IMG/VR virus record: IMGVR_UViG_3300031860_000003
Span: 1-48,532 of that record
From: a virus
Lineage: Duplodnaviria; Caudoviricetes
Strand: one strand, 5' to 3'
Length of the DNA: 48,532 nt
Below the pieces are notes generated by a model. That model made no database searches and had not been told where the DNA came from. It was given only the letters and a program-made list of their open reading frames with translations. The translations under genes were made by a program, and so were the position numbers. Below are positions 36,930 through 45,796 of the stretch, piece after piece (position 1 is the stretch's first letter; each line of letters starts with the position of its first letter).

Positions 36930-37009
36930 AGGCGCCCGCTTTTCTGCAGGGCCGCCACCAGGAAGTACAGCAGGATCAAGCCGCCGATCACCCCGACCAG
37001 TGTGTTCAC
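36926..37009 (-). CDS. 27-aa single-TM peptide
   Basis: MNTLVGVIGGLILLYFLVAALQKSGRL; overlaps both neighbours by GTGA. Confidence 0.5.
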   Translation of the reverse strand: MNTLVGVIGGLILLYFLVAALQKSGRL

Positions 37010-37458
37010 GTCTCTCCGTTCACCTGTTTGCGCTGCGCGCGGTAGGCCGACAGCTCGTCCAGCACGTCGCCGTCGTCGAGCTCGGCGTCGCTCATCGGCG
37101 GGGTCGGGCCGGCGCTGATCCGCTCGTCGACCATGTCGTAAATCTTGGCCTGGTCGGCCATCAGCCGCCGCGCCACCTCGATCGCCTTGAGGTCGTTGTT
37201 GTCGACGTGGCTCATCGCCTTCTTGACCAGGTGCTCCATCCGGGCCATATAGATCGTCATGGCGTTGGCGTTGCGCAGGATGTGGTCGGCGGCGCAGCGC
37301 TCCAGCTCGGCCTTGATGATCTGGTTGACCCGGGCGTCAGTCAGATTGACCTGCGCGTTGGCACCGATCGTCTTCTGGCTGTGCCCGGCCACGAACAGGT
37401 CCAGGATCAGCGCGTCCCGCTGCTGGCGTTCCTTGCGGGTCAGCGCCCGACCGGTCAT
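37006..37458 (-). CDS. Probable terminase small subunit (N-terminal HTH, helical)
   Basis: RDALILDLFVAGHSQKTIG HTH; DLKAIEVARRL; DELSAYRAQR-type C terminus. Confidence 0.6.
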   Translation of the reverse strand: MTGRALTRKERQQRDALILDLFVAGHSQKTIGANAQVNLTDARVNQIIKAELERCAADHILRNANAMTIYMARMEHLVKKAMSHVDNNDLKAIEVARRLMADQAKIYDMVDERISAGPTPPMSDAELDDGDVLDELSAYRAQRKQVNGET

Positions 37459-38231
37459 GGTTTGTATCTTCCCGCCAGAGCGTGGTTCAGGTCGGGATCG
37501 CCGAGGTTGGGCGTGTCGCCCAGCGGGTCGGTGCCGACCCGCTCCTTGATGATCTCCCGCATCAGCCAGGCCCGGCCGCGGGCGACCCGGTAGCGCGACA
37601 TCAGCGCTTCGTTGCGGCCGTAGTCGCGGTCCCAGCCCGGGCTGTCGGCCTTGGCGCCGGTGTACCCGCCGGCCGCGGCGCTGTTGTGCTCGAAGGCGTA
37701 GATGTTGCCCGGCGTTCGGCGCAGCGTGGACAGGGTTTCCACCACGAAGGTGAACGCGGTGTCCTCGTGCCCCCAGCCGATGAACGCGGGGTCCTGCCCG
37801 CCCAGGCGCCAGTATTCGGCGGTGGTGGTGACCAGGCAGCCGCCCACCCCGGCCGCGCCGTCGCCGCCCCACTCATACAGCGTGGGCAGCTCGGCGAGCC
37901 TGCGGAACGGGACCTCGACGTACTCGGGCGCCAGGATGCGGTAGCGGGTGAACGGCCAGCACACCCCGACCGGGTCGGCGACGGCGGCCTTGACGTTGGC
38001 GATGTCGGGCACGGTGTCGGCGTCGCAGATCACCACCACGTCGGTCTTCGCCTGGGCCACCGCGTTGTTGCGGGCCTGGCTCAAGCTGAAGATATCGCCG
38101 TCGGAGTCGGCGGTGATCACCGGCCAGCCGGTTTTCCACCAGAGCTCGAGCACCCGGTTGTAGGCGGCCATCCGCGAGGGGCTGGGCCGCCACGGGATGC
38201 ACACCGTGGCCGGCGCCCTACGGCGGCTCAC
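37455..38231 (-). CDS. GT-A glycosyltransferase (GT2/GT7-like)
   Basis: VCIPWR, SQARNNA, DAD motif and GGQDPAFIGWGHED. Confidence 0.88.
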   Translation of the reverse strand: MSRRRAPATVCIPWRPSPSRMAAYNRVLELWWKTGWPVITADSDGDIFSLSQARNNAVAQAKTDVVVICDADTVPDIANVKAAVADPVGVCWPFTRYRILAPEYVEVPFRRLAELPTLYEWGGDGAAGVGGCLVTTTAEYWRLGGQDPAFIGWGHEDTAFTFVVETLSTLRRTPGNIYAFEHNSAAAGGYTGAKADSPGWDRDYGRNEALMSRYRVARGRAWLMREIIKERVGTDPLGDTPNLGDPDLNHALAGRYKP

Positions 38232-38470
38232 ACCTTCACCTTGCCGCAGTGCACGCAGTTCGGGGAGGCTGACACGTACTCGCAGGCGCACATGTTGTCG
38301 GGATCCTCGCCGTGATAGCCGGGGCAGCCGCACGGCCGCCACGAGGTGTACTGGCCGGTCTCAAAGTTCCAGCCGGACAGGATGCGGACCCGGCATTTAC
38401 CGTCGCCATCGAGGTTGTGCTGCTTGGCCAAATGCGGGCATTCCGTACACTTCGGGCTCACCCTCCTCAT
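38228..38470 (-). CDS. Small Cys/His-rich protein
   Basis: CxxCxH...C, CGC and CxxC motifs. Confidence 0.55.
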   Translation of the reverse strand: MRRVSPKCTECPHLAKQHNLDGDGKCRVRILSGWNFETGQYTSWRPCGCPGYHGEDPDNMCACEYVSASPNCVHCGKVKV

Positions 38471-38582
38471 TGTCGGCGTCCTCCGCTGATTCGCCGGGAT
38501 GCCGGGGCCGTGTCATCACCACGATCAGCACCATGTTGAACACGCACACGCACACCAGGGCCAGAAACGTCGCGAACAGCAT
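38397..38582 (-). CDS. Small membrane protein
   Basis: N-terminal hydrophobic helix and acidic tail. Confidence 0.5.
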   Translation of the reverse strand: MLFATFLALVCVCVFNMVLIVVMTRPRHPGESAEDADNEEGEPEVYGMPAFGQAAQPRWRR

Positions 38583-38680
38583 GGGTATCTACAAGTACCA
38601 GACGGACTTGAATTCCGTGTTACGGCAAGCTAATCGGGCCATAACCCGAGCCGCCACACGTCATCGTCGCGAACTCCTCG

Positions 38681-39334
38681 TCAGGGCTCATCGTGGACGT
38701 ATTTCCAGTGCCCGTTGCCGGCGGCGGCGCGCCACACCGACTTCACGGCCGGCACGTCCACCAGCCGGAACCCGGCCGCCATCAGCGCGAAGCACTCGTG
38801 GATGTCGGCGCCCCAGTGCGCGAACTCGCCGTCCGGGTAGGGGAACGCGCGCAGCACGTCGCGGCGGGCGGCGAACACCCCGCCCTGGACGTGGATTTGC
38901 GGCAGGTCGGCCGGGAAGCCGTGGCTCTGCGGCGGCCCGGCGGCCTGCAGGCAGCCGGTCATCGCGACGGTGCGGGTCTGGTCGTCGACGATCGGCGCCA
39001 GCAGGTCGACCGCCCAGGACGGGTCGCGGGCGAAGCCGTGATTGGTGCACACGTACAGCAGGTACGGGCGGGTGGCGAGCTTGACCGCGAGGTTCATCGC
39101 CGGCCCGTAGAGCAGGTTGTTGCCCAGCTGCCATTGGTACCGGGTGCGCTGGATACCCTCAGCCTCCGCGGTGATGAGCGCGTCGGCGAGGCGCTGGCTG
39201 GTGGTGTCGGAGTTGTCGATGACGATCAGCTCGGAGTCCAGCGGCGTCAGCGCGGGCAGCAGGTCGCGGTTCAGCCGCTCCAGGGCCCGGTCCTCGTTGT
39301 TGTGGGCGATCATGATCGCCGTCACCGGGATCAC
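38681..39334 (-). CDS. GT2-like glycosyltransferase
   Basis: ELIVIDNS, NLLYGPAMNLA, GGVFAARRDV and WGAD motifs; DxD position degenerate. Confidence 0.72.
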   Translation of the reverse strand: MIPVTAIMIAHNNEDRALERLNRDLLPALTPLDSELIVIDNSDTTSQRLADALITAEAEGIQRTRYQWQLGNNLLYGPAMNLAVKLATRPYLLYVCTNHGFARDPSWAVDLLAPIVDDQTRTVAMTGCLQAAGPPQSHGFPADLPQIHVQGGVFAARRDVLRAFPYPDGEFAHWGADIHECFALMAAGFRLVDVPAVKSVWRAAAGNGHWKYVHDEP

Positions 39335-39588
39335 GCGAGCCTCCAGTAGCCCACGATCTTCGCCGTACCACCCTCGCTGGGGTCGAAGATGTCGTGGATC
39401 ACGCCGTCGACGACCGCGCTGGGATGGCCGTCGGCGCGCAGCACGATCAGGGAATGCGCGGCAGGCAGGTTCTCCTGGACGAAGTCGACCGCGAACGGGA
39501 ACTGGACATACGGCCAGCCGCCCTCCCGTGCGATCTCGCGCAGCCGCCCGAGCGATCCGTCCTGCGCGCAGGTGCAGACGTGCGTCAT
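39331..39588 (-). CDS. Hypothetical protein
   Basis: Coupled ORF; GHPSAVVDGVIHDIFD. Confidence 0.55.
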   Translation of the reverse strand: MTHVCTCAQDGSLGRLREIAREGGWPYVQFPFAVDFVQENLPAAHSLIVLRADGHPSAVVDGVIHDIFDPSEGGTAKIVGYWRLA

Positions 39589-39794
39589 CAGTGCCCCTCT
39601 CCGCTGGCGAGGCGCTGCAGCGCGGTCGCGGCGATCATCGCCAGCATGATGATCCGTTGCGGGTGATCCAGGGCCAGCATCGAGATCATGATCTGGGAGG
39701 TCGGTTGCGGGGCGGTGCGCAACGCCTTGATGAATTGGTCCACGATGTCGTCGGCGGCGGCCCACTGGACGGGGTCATCAGCGTGGTGGTTCAT
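39588..39794 (-). CDS. Hypothetical protein
   Basis: ATGA-coupled ORF. Confidence 0.55.
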   Translation of the reverse strand: MNHHADDPVQWAAADDIVDQFIKALRTAPQPTSQIMISMLALDHPQRIIMLAMIAATALQRLASGEGH

Positions 39795-40294
39795 TTGACG
39801 GCCAGCGCGTAGATGTCGCCGGCGTTGGACTCGTCGGCGAACCAGAAGTGGAACGGCTCCAGCCACTTTCGCAGATCGTCGCGGGTGACGTTGCGGTAGA
39901 ACTCGCCGTCGCGGATCGGTCCGCCGTCCACCGCGGAGTGCGGTGCCCGCCCTTCTCCGGCGGTGGTCATCAAAAACACTCCGCCCGGACCCAGCATCGC
40001 GTGCGCGTTGTGGCAGATCGCCTCGGCCTCGTCGGTGTGTTCCAGGGTTTCGCAGCAGACCACCGTGTCGGCCATCGGCCCGTGCCAGGTCGCCGCGTTG
40101 CCGACGCGGTCCACGTTGGGGCCGGGCACGATGTCGACACCGACGTAGTGACGGGCGTCGGTGAACAGCGGGCGCACCGGCCCCGAGTACGGCCAGTCCC
40201 CGGCCACGGTGCGACTGCCCAGCTCAACCACCCACTTGCGGGGCTCCAGCCGTTCCAGCATCGAGAAGATGAACTTGTACGCGCCCTCATGCAT
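39791..40294 (-). CDS. Class I SAM-dependent methyltransferase
   Basis: VVELGSR, YVGVDIVPGPNVD, CCETLEH and LGPGG. Confidence 0.85.
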   Translation of the reverse strand: MHEGAYKFIFSMLERLEPRKWVVELGSRTVAGDWPYSGPVRPLFTDARHYVGVDIVPGPNVDRVGNAATWHGPMADTVVCCETLEHTDEAEAICHNAHAMLGPGGVFLMTTAGEGRAPHSAVDGGPIRDGEFYRNVTRDDLRKWLEPFHFWFADESNAGDIYALAVK

Positions 40295-40360
40295 CAAATC
40301 TCCCGATCTAGATCGTTGTGGCTCCATAGGCGACGGGCGCGGATAGACGCCAGGTGGCAC

Positions 40361-41026
40361 CTAAGCTCCTCTCGACCAACCTGGGCAGTAGCCCAGGATC
40401 ACGTTGCCGGTGTCCCAGTTGGTGCGGGTGCCCACCTTCCACGCCTTGCGCTCGGTGCGCTGCTGCATCGGCCACGGCCCGTCGATCGGCACCCCGTCGG
40501 CGTGGTCGACCAGCGAGGGCACCGTGTAGCAGATGCCGACGTTCCAGCTCTGCGCCCAGCGGGTGATCCGCAGCGGCAGCTCCTCACCCCGCTGGGTGAT
40601 GTCGTCGAGCATCGGGGTGACCATGCGGATGCGGATCGCGTAGGCCACCGACCCGATCAGGCAGTCCCCGAGGATCCACGCCTTGCGCTCGGACTCGGCG
40701 GTACGCACCGCGTCGGCGGCCGCCTGCTGGGTCTCCTGTGAGGGGTGGCCGTAGCCCAGGTAGAGCCCGACAATCGGCGCCGGCGCGTGCGCCAGCGCCC
40801 GTTTGAGCTGGGTGCGGAAGTCGCGCACCGGCCACGCGTCGTCCTCGAGCACCACGCACCAGTCGGTGTGCCGGTAGGCCAGGGCCTTGAGCACGGCGAT
40901 GTGGTTGCCCTCGCGGCCCAGGGTGCCGTCGTCGACGTTCATCGCGATCGCCCCGACGTCGTTGCGCAGTGCCCGCGCGGTCGGGGCCCGCGAGGTGTGC
41001 GCGACCACGCCGACCGCGATGGTCAC
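40361..41026 (-). CDS. Actinophage glycosyltransferase (GT25-like)
   Basis: IAVGVVAH, WCVVLEDDA, LYLG and PSLVDHAD motifs. Confidence 0.8.
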   Translation of the reverse strand: MTIAVGVVAHTSRAPTARALRNDVGAIAMNVDDGTLGREGNHIAVLKALAYRHTDWCVVLEDDAWPVRDFRTQLKRALAHAPAPIVGLYLGYGHPSQETQQAAADAVRTAESERKAWILGDCLIGSVAYAIRIRMVTPMLDDITQRGEELPLRITRWAQSWNVGICYTVPSLVDHADGVPIDGPWPMQQRTERKAWKVGTRTNWDTGNVILGYCPGWSRGA

Positions 41027-41050
41027 GGCTTCACGACGAAGTAGGGCAAG

Positions 41051-41266
41051 TCATCGGCCCGCCCGGGGCCGGACCTTGAACCCCAGCGCGGTGCGCGCCG
41101 GGAACGTGTCCACCCGCAGCTGATCCAGGCCGGGCCGGAACTCCACGTCGGTCGCGATCACCCACTCGTCCATGTTCTCCTCCGTGTTGTAGCCCTTGTG
41201 CTCCAGCTCGCAGGGCACCTCGGTGCCATCCGGGCGCACGATCCGCACCCCCTCCGGTCTACCCAT
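41051..41266 (-). CDS. Hypothetical protein
   Basis: Coupled ORF, high GC3. Confidence 0.55.
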   Translation of the reverse strand: MGRPEGVRIVRPDGTEVPCELEHKGYNTEENMDEWVIATDVEFRPGLDQLRVDTFPARTALGFKVRPRAGR

Positions 41267-41474
41267 CGCCGATCACCTCGGTCAGCAGCTCGTCCAGCAC
41301 CGCGAACACGCCCCCCAGCAGAACCCACATCGCTCGCGGCCGTTCATTCGCCGGAGGACCCCACGGCTCCGATGCGCGGGCAAGCTCGCCGGTCTCCCGC
41401 AGATTCCGCCGAAGCTGAGCGATCCGCTCCTTGTCGACCATCACCAGCTTTTCGTCCTCAGCCATCACGCTCAC
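41259..41474 (-). CDS. Hypothetical protein
   Basis: Coupled ORF. Confidence 0.5.
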   Translation of the reverse strand: MSVMAEDEKLVMVDKERIAQLRRNLRETGELARASEPWGPPANERPRAMWVLLGGVFAVLDELLTEVIGDG

Positions 41475-42573
41475 CCAGCATCTCGTTCAGGACCGCATCG
41501 AGGATGGCGCCGTGCACCCGCAGCAGCCGCCCGATCGTCTCCTGGCTGTTGTCGATTCCGGCGGCCGCCAGGATCTCCCGGTGTTCGTCGCGCAGGCCGC
41601 GCAGCAGCTCGTTGCGGCCGATCGGGCGCCCCTGCATCCGCGCCGCCTTGTCGGATTTACCCAGGCCGCCCTTCTCCACGTCGGCGGCCCAGCGGGCGAT
41701 GGTGTCGTGAAACGAGAACACCCCTCCCGCTTCACCTTTGGCGTCCAACTCACCCTGACAGTCAACGCAGACAGTGGCGACGGTGTCATCGGCGCGGTGC
41801 ACCCGATAGGTGGAGGCGTGCGCGCAGTTCGGGTCGGGCTCGTTGAACACGTCGACCGGTTTCCAGCCGCCCCACTGGGCACACTCGGCCACGTCCAGAT
41901 CGGCGATCGCCGGCGCCGGGATCAGCTCGAACAGCGCCAGCTCGTGCGGCGCCATCAGCACGCCGGCGTCGGCGGCCGGCTCGTGGATCGCCTCGATCCG
42001 GGTCGGCAGGTTGAACGGCGGGGCCTCCATGTCCAGGGCGCGTTCCATGTAGCCGCGCCACGCTAGCCCTTCCGGCTCGTAGTCCTCGTTGGACCCGTCC
42101 TCCCAGTGGCTGGTCAGCAGGTAGCGCGCGCCGCAGGCTCGCATCTTGTCGAGCACCTTGGTGATCTCGTCGTTGGGGAAGTGGATCAGGACGTGGCGCG
42201 CCAGGATGCAGTCCACAGGCGGCATCACCTCGCAGGTGAGCAGGCTGGTTGCGGCGAACTGGATGTGGGGGTTGCCGTAGTTGTCGGTATTGGCCTCGAT
42301 GAAGCTTGGCTCGACATCCCAGCCCATATAGAGATCCAGCCCGGACAGGTCGACCTTGCTCATCCAGTTCCAGTCGCCACAGCCCACGTCCAGCACCGTC
42401 TTGATCCCGTACCGCTTGAAAATCTCGGGCAGGATCTCCCGTAGGTTCTCGGTCTGCGCGAGCGTGGCACCTGGACCGTTGGCAGTCTCGGTGTTACCGA
42501 ACTCGTCGGGCCGCGATTTATGCAGCTCAACGATCTCACTCCATGCTTTGACATTGTCGTCGGCAAAGCTCAT
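41458..42573 (-). CDS. Class I SAM-dependent methyltransferase with C-terminal extension
   Basis: GPGATL, VLDVGCGDWNW, YMGWDV and RHVLIHF; about 150 extra residues with CxxC. Confidence 0.85.
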   Translation of the reverse strand: MSFADDNVKAWSEIVELHKSRPDEFGNTETANGPGATLAQTENLREILPEIFKRYGIKTVLDVGCGDWNWMSKVDLSGLDLYMGWDVEPSFIEANTDNYGNPHIQFAATSLLTCEVMPPVDCILARHVLIHFPNDEITKVLDKMRACGARYLLTSHWEDGSNEDYEPEGLAWRGYMERALDMEAPPFNLPTRIEAIHEPAADAGVLMAPHELALFELIPAPAIADLDVAECAQWGGWKPVDVFNEPDPNCAHASTYRVHRADDTVATVCVDCQGELDAKGEAGGVFSFHDTIARWAADVEKGGLGKSDKAARMQGRPIGRNELLRGLRDEHREILAAAGIDNSQETIGRLLRVHGAILDAVLNEMLGERDG

Positions 42574-43088
42574 GATGCGCGCTCCCTCGATCGCCTAGCT
42601 CGATCTTTCGCGCAAGTGACACAGTCGCGTCGGGTACGCCCATTCGCCATGACTTCCACGTAGGTGTTCTCTGGCGTGAAGGCATGTCCGTTCTTGCAGT
42701 GCGTCTTGCGGGCGTTGTTGTGGCTGCCGTTGGCAACCATGTCATTTGTGTTATCGGGTCGATTGCCCCAGTAAAGATTCTCGGCCCGGTTGTTCAGTGG
42801 ATCGTCATCCCGATGCAGGCCGAAGGGGCGTTCATCTGGGCGCGGGCCCTCGAACGCTTCAAGGATCAGCAGATGTACCTTCGTCGGGCCACGCGGCGGA
42901 ATGTTGACGAACGGATAGAGTCGCCCCTTCCGGTCGGCCAAAGAGAATTTTAATATCCGGCCGCGAGAAAATCTCTGGCGTCCATCCTTCCGGTCGATCT
43001 GCCTATCGAGGCTGCGTATCCGGCCTAGCGATGACGCTTGGTAGCCGGGGCAACTAGGGATGTCGCGCCATTCTTCCGCGAAACTCAT
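42570..43088 (-). CDS. NUMOD4-HNH homing endonuclease
   Basis: EEWRDIP..GYQASSLGRIRS; LHRDDDPLNNRAENL; KTHCKNGHAFTPENT; lower GC. Confidence 0.92.
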   Translation of the reverse strand: MSFAEEWRDIPSCPGYQASSLGRIRSLDRQIDRKDGRQRFSRGRILKFSLADRKGRLYPFVNIPPRGPTKVHLLILEAFEGPRPDERPFGLHRDDDPLNNRAENLYWGNRPDNTNDMVANGSHNNARKTHCKNGHAFTPENTYVEVMANGRTRRDCVTCAKDRARRSRERAS

Positions 43089-43186
43089 GTCCACTCCCAG
43101 GTGATCGTCAGGGTCTTGCCGAACAGCGGTCCGAATATCCAGCCCCGCTTGCGCCGGGCCGCCCAGTTGAAACTGCTGTAGATCAT
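43085..43186 (-). CDS. Hypothetical protein (33 aa)
   Basis: ATGA overlaps at both ends. Confidence 0.45.
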   Translation of the reverse strand: MIYSSFNWAARRKRGWIFGPLFGKTLTITWEWT

Positions 43187-43368
43187 GCGATCCCTTCCTC
43201 GTGGTGTTTGTTGACGAAATCCTCGACGTCGTCGATGCACTGCCGGTAGCCCTGCCACCATGCCTTCTGCCGGGAGTGGTCCTGCTTCGGCGACTCGCTT
43301 TCACGGTGGTCGATGGTGCGCAGCGCGCCCTCGGCCAGCTTGCGCAGCCTGCCCAGCTGCTCGGTCAT
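43183..43368 (-). CDS. Hypothetical protein
   Basis: ATGA-coupled ORF. Confidence 0.55.
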   Translation of the reverse strand: MTEQLGRLRKLAEGALRTIDHRESESPKQDHSRQKAWWQGYRQCIDDVEDFVNKHHEEGIA

Positions 43369-43490
43369 CTCCACAGCCGGTCCCACAGCGCGTGGAACCG
43401 CTCCGAGAGGGTCTTGGGCCGATCGTGCACCGGGCAGCCCGGCTCCATGCTGGGCCAGTCGTGCTCGTCGAAATCACAGATACAGGTCAT
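43365..43490 (-). CDS. Hypothetical protein (CxC...CPVH, 41 aa)
   Basis: ATGA overlaps at both ends. Confidence 0.5.
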   Translation of the reverse strand: MTCICDFDEHDWPSMEPGCPVHDRPKTLSERFHALWDRLWR

Positions 43491-43729
43491 AAGCCCACCA
43501 GGGTCGTGAGGTTGATGTAGCCGATCATGCACCGCTTGTTGCACAGCTTGAACACCAGCGTGTGGCGGGCCCCGCCACCGGGGCCGCGGTGACCCTTCTT
43601 GCCGGGCATGACGAACGTGGTCGCGCCGCGCGATGGTTTGTTGCCGCAGATCGGGCAGTGCCCCATGACGTGGAACGGCCCGGGGATTCTCATCTCCCCG
43701 TCGCCGACCTTCACCGTCAGCCCGGTCAC
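43487..43729 (-). CDS. Hypothetical Zn-binding protein
   Basis: CPIC...CNKRC. Confidence 0.55.
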   Translation of the reverse strand: MTGLTVKVGDGEMRIPGPFHVMGHCPICGNKPSRGATTFVMPGKKGHRGPGGGARHTLVFKLCNKRCMIGYINLTTLVGL

Positions 43730-43917
43730 GGGGTGTTCCTGGGCGCGAACACGATCGACGTGGGCGCCGGCACCGGCTCCCCGGAGGCCGGGCAGCGCAG
43801 CTTCGCCCGGCCGGTCCCGATGAAGTGGCGCTGGTAGCGGTAGCGGCGCTCAGAGGGAATCCACTGCACCGGCGCCGTCGCCGAGCAGGTGTGGCACTGC
43901 ACCTGCACCCCGCTCAT
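43726..43917 (-). CDS. Hypothetical Zn-binding protein
   Basis: CHTC...H...CPASG. Confidence 0.55.
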   Translation of the reverse strand: MSGVQVQCHTCSATAPVQWIPSERRYRYQRHFIGTGRAKLRCPASGEPVPAPTSIVFAPRNTP

Positions 43918-44090
43918 GACAGCGGCTCCGCCACCGGCAGGCTGTGGTCGTCGCCGCAGTGCCGATAGGTGGGCGCGGCCCCGTGCGGGGTGGCGTGCCA
44001 CCATCTGTCGCCGTACTTGACGAAGTGGATCTTCATGACGGCCTCTCCGCAGTGTCGGCAAATCTTCACAGGTATCGGGGGTTGGCCCAT
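43914..44090 (-). CDS. Hypothetical protein (CRHC...WWH)
   Basis: GGAGG SD; coupled to the next gene. Confidence 0.5.
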   Translation of the reverse strand: MGQPPIPVKICRHCGEAVMKIHFVKYGDRWWHATPHGAAPTYRHCGDDHSLPVAEPLS

Positions 44091-44221
44091 CGGACCTCCA
44101 CCCAGGGGGTGTTCTCGATCAGCGTCCGCATCGGGCTGGTCACCGCGCGCAAGACCTCGATCACGCCGAGCTGGGCCGCCACCCCGGCGGCGTCCTGCTG
44201 ATCACGCACGATGATGAGCAT
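44066..44221 (-). CDS. Hypothetical protein (51 aa)
   Basis: Fills the gap; high GC3. Confidence 0.45.
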   Translation of the reverse strand: MLIIVRDQQDAAGVAAQLGVIEVLRAVTSPMRTLIENTPWVEVRWANPRYL

Positions 44222-44222
44222 T

Positions 44223-44480
44223 TTATGTGGCGACCCGCTCGTCGTAGACGACGGCCTCGGACGGATCGCGCCCGTACACCAGGCCGCCGGCCAGCAGCTC
44301 GTTGTACTCGGCGCAGTCGCCGCAGTGATGGCGGCGCACCACGAACCCGTTGGTCAGCGGCTTGAAGTTCGGCGGCTCCGACCAGGACTTCCAGCGGGTG
44401 TCGGGCACCAGCACCGCCACCGCGCCGCACTTGTCACAGCACACCAGTGCGTTCATTCCGTACAGGTTCATCTCGGTCAC
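44223..44480 (-). CDS. Hypothetical Zn-binding protein
   Basis: CDKC...HCGDC. Confidence 0.55.
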   Translation of the reverse strand: MTEMNLYGMNALVCCDKCGAVAVLVPDTRWKSWSEPPNFKPLTNGFVVRRHHCGDCAEYNELLAGGLVYGRDPSEAVVYDERVAT

Positions 44481-44570
44481 GCGCTGATGGTAACGGCAAA
44501 CCCGGACAGGACTCCGAGACTCGCCGCATCGCGGCGAAAACTGCCGAAAAATCCGTATATTCGCAGATCA

Positions 44571-44981
44571 TCACGGATTGTCCTGGATTGACGCGGAGGT
44601 GTCCACCGGTGGACACTCCTGGCGCATTTTGTCCAGACCCTCGGCGATCTCGGTCAAACACGCCTTCATGTCCGGCCCAAGCATGTCATCGGTCCAGCCC
44701 TGCCTGCGCAGCCCGGCTTCGATCCCGGCGGCGCTGACCCGCTCGACACGCGGCCGGATCGGGATCGCGATGTCGATGGTGTTCTTCTCCGCCTCGTCCA
44801 TGAACGCCGCCAGCGCCCGACCGCAGTCGGTGCACAGGTCATACCCCGTCGGCGTCCCGCGCGGATCGTCCGACACCGTCAGCCGCACCCACCCCTCGAT
44901 CCGGTTCCGCCCGCCCTTGCCGCCCGGGTCGACCACCGTCGTCCCGCAGCGGTCGCACGTCACTGTGGCCTCCCTGCTCAT
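44571..44981 (-). CDS. Hypothetical Zn-binding protein
   Basis: CDRCG...DLCTDC. Confidence 0.6.
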   Translation of the reverse strand: MSREATVTCDRCGTTVVDPGGKGGRNRIEGWVRLTVSDDPRGTPTGYDLCTDCGRALAAFMDEAEKNTIDIAIPIRPRVERVSAAGIEAGLRRQGWTDDMLGPDMKACLTEIAEGLDKMRQECPPVDTSASIQDNP

Positions 44982-45211
44982 AAGGCCTCGACCAGCAGGG
45001 TGAACAGCGCCCAGCCGTAGAACAGCAGCGCGAACGGGGCTATGGCCGCACACAGCCACAGCGTGGCGCGGTACTCGAGGCGGGTGCGGTCGGTGAAGTC
45101 GTGCGGGTCGCCGGTGTAGCCGAACAGCCAGCGGCGCGCCTGCTCGGTCATCTGAACCGCGTCCACCGCGCGATGTCGCGCCACGCGGGGCGCCATCGCG
45201 TGCCTATTCAT
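44978..45211 (-). CDS. Hypothetical membrane protein
   Basis: C-terminal hydrophobic helix. Confidence 0.5.
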   Translation of the reverse strand: MNRHAMAPRVARHRAVDAVQMTEQARRWLFGYTGDPHDFTDRTRLEYRATLWLCAAIAPFALLFYGWALFTLLVEAL

Positions 45212-45506
45212 CGGCCCAGACCACGGTGGTGGCGCCGTCATGGCCGTGGATGGCGACCAGGTCATCCACAGAGTTGTACACAGCTGTGGACCGCAGCGCC
45301 ACGATCCAGCGCAGCGCCACCGTGCCGTCGGTGAACGCCACTCCCTCGGCCACCACCCCCACCCCGGAGGTGCCGGAAGGGTCCTCGGTCCGGTTCAGCA
45401 CGAACCGCCGCGGCAGCGACCCGGTGATGAACGCGGCCTGCGGTTTCGCCTCGCCGGGGTCGGCCCACTGGCCGCTCTCGCCCAGGGCCCTGCTGTGTTC
45501 GACCAT
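45204..45506 (-). CDS. Conserved phage hypothetical protein
   Basis: AGGAGG SD; RTEDPSGTSGVGVVAEGVAFTDG...IHGHDG motif. Confidence 0.7.
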   Translation of the reverse strand: MVEHSRALGESGQWADPGEAKPQAAFITGSLPRRFVLNRTEDPSGTSGVGVVAEGVAFTDGTVALRWIVALRSTAVYNSVDDLVAIHGHDGATTVVWADE

Positions 45507-45592
45507 TCTTCCTCCTTCTCGGCACTCGACGATGCATCCCTGGTGCACGAAGCAGGCCAGCGGATACGGACACCACTGCTGGACGGGACACG

Positions 45593-45796
45593 TCACAGCA
45601 CCCCGCCGAACGGCGGGTCGTCACGGTGCGGGCGGTCCGGGTTCTCTTTGAGCCACTGGCGGCCGAGCCGCTGACGTGCGCGCACCGCGCGCCGCTGCCG
45701 CCGGTGGCGCCACTTGTTGCCCAGCCACCAGCCGGTCGCGATGCAGCCGGGAACGGTGATCGCGACGTAGATCAGGTAATACTCAATGATGCTCAC
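45593..45796 (-). CDS. Hypothetical membrane protein
   Basis: TM helix followed by an Arg-rich tail. Confidence 0.5.
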   Translation of the reverse strand: MSIIEYYLIYVAITVPGCIATGWWLGNKWRHRRQRRAVRARQRLGRQWLKENPDRPHRDDPPFGGVL

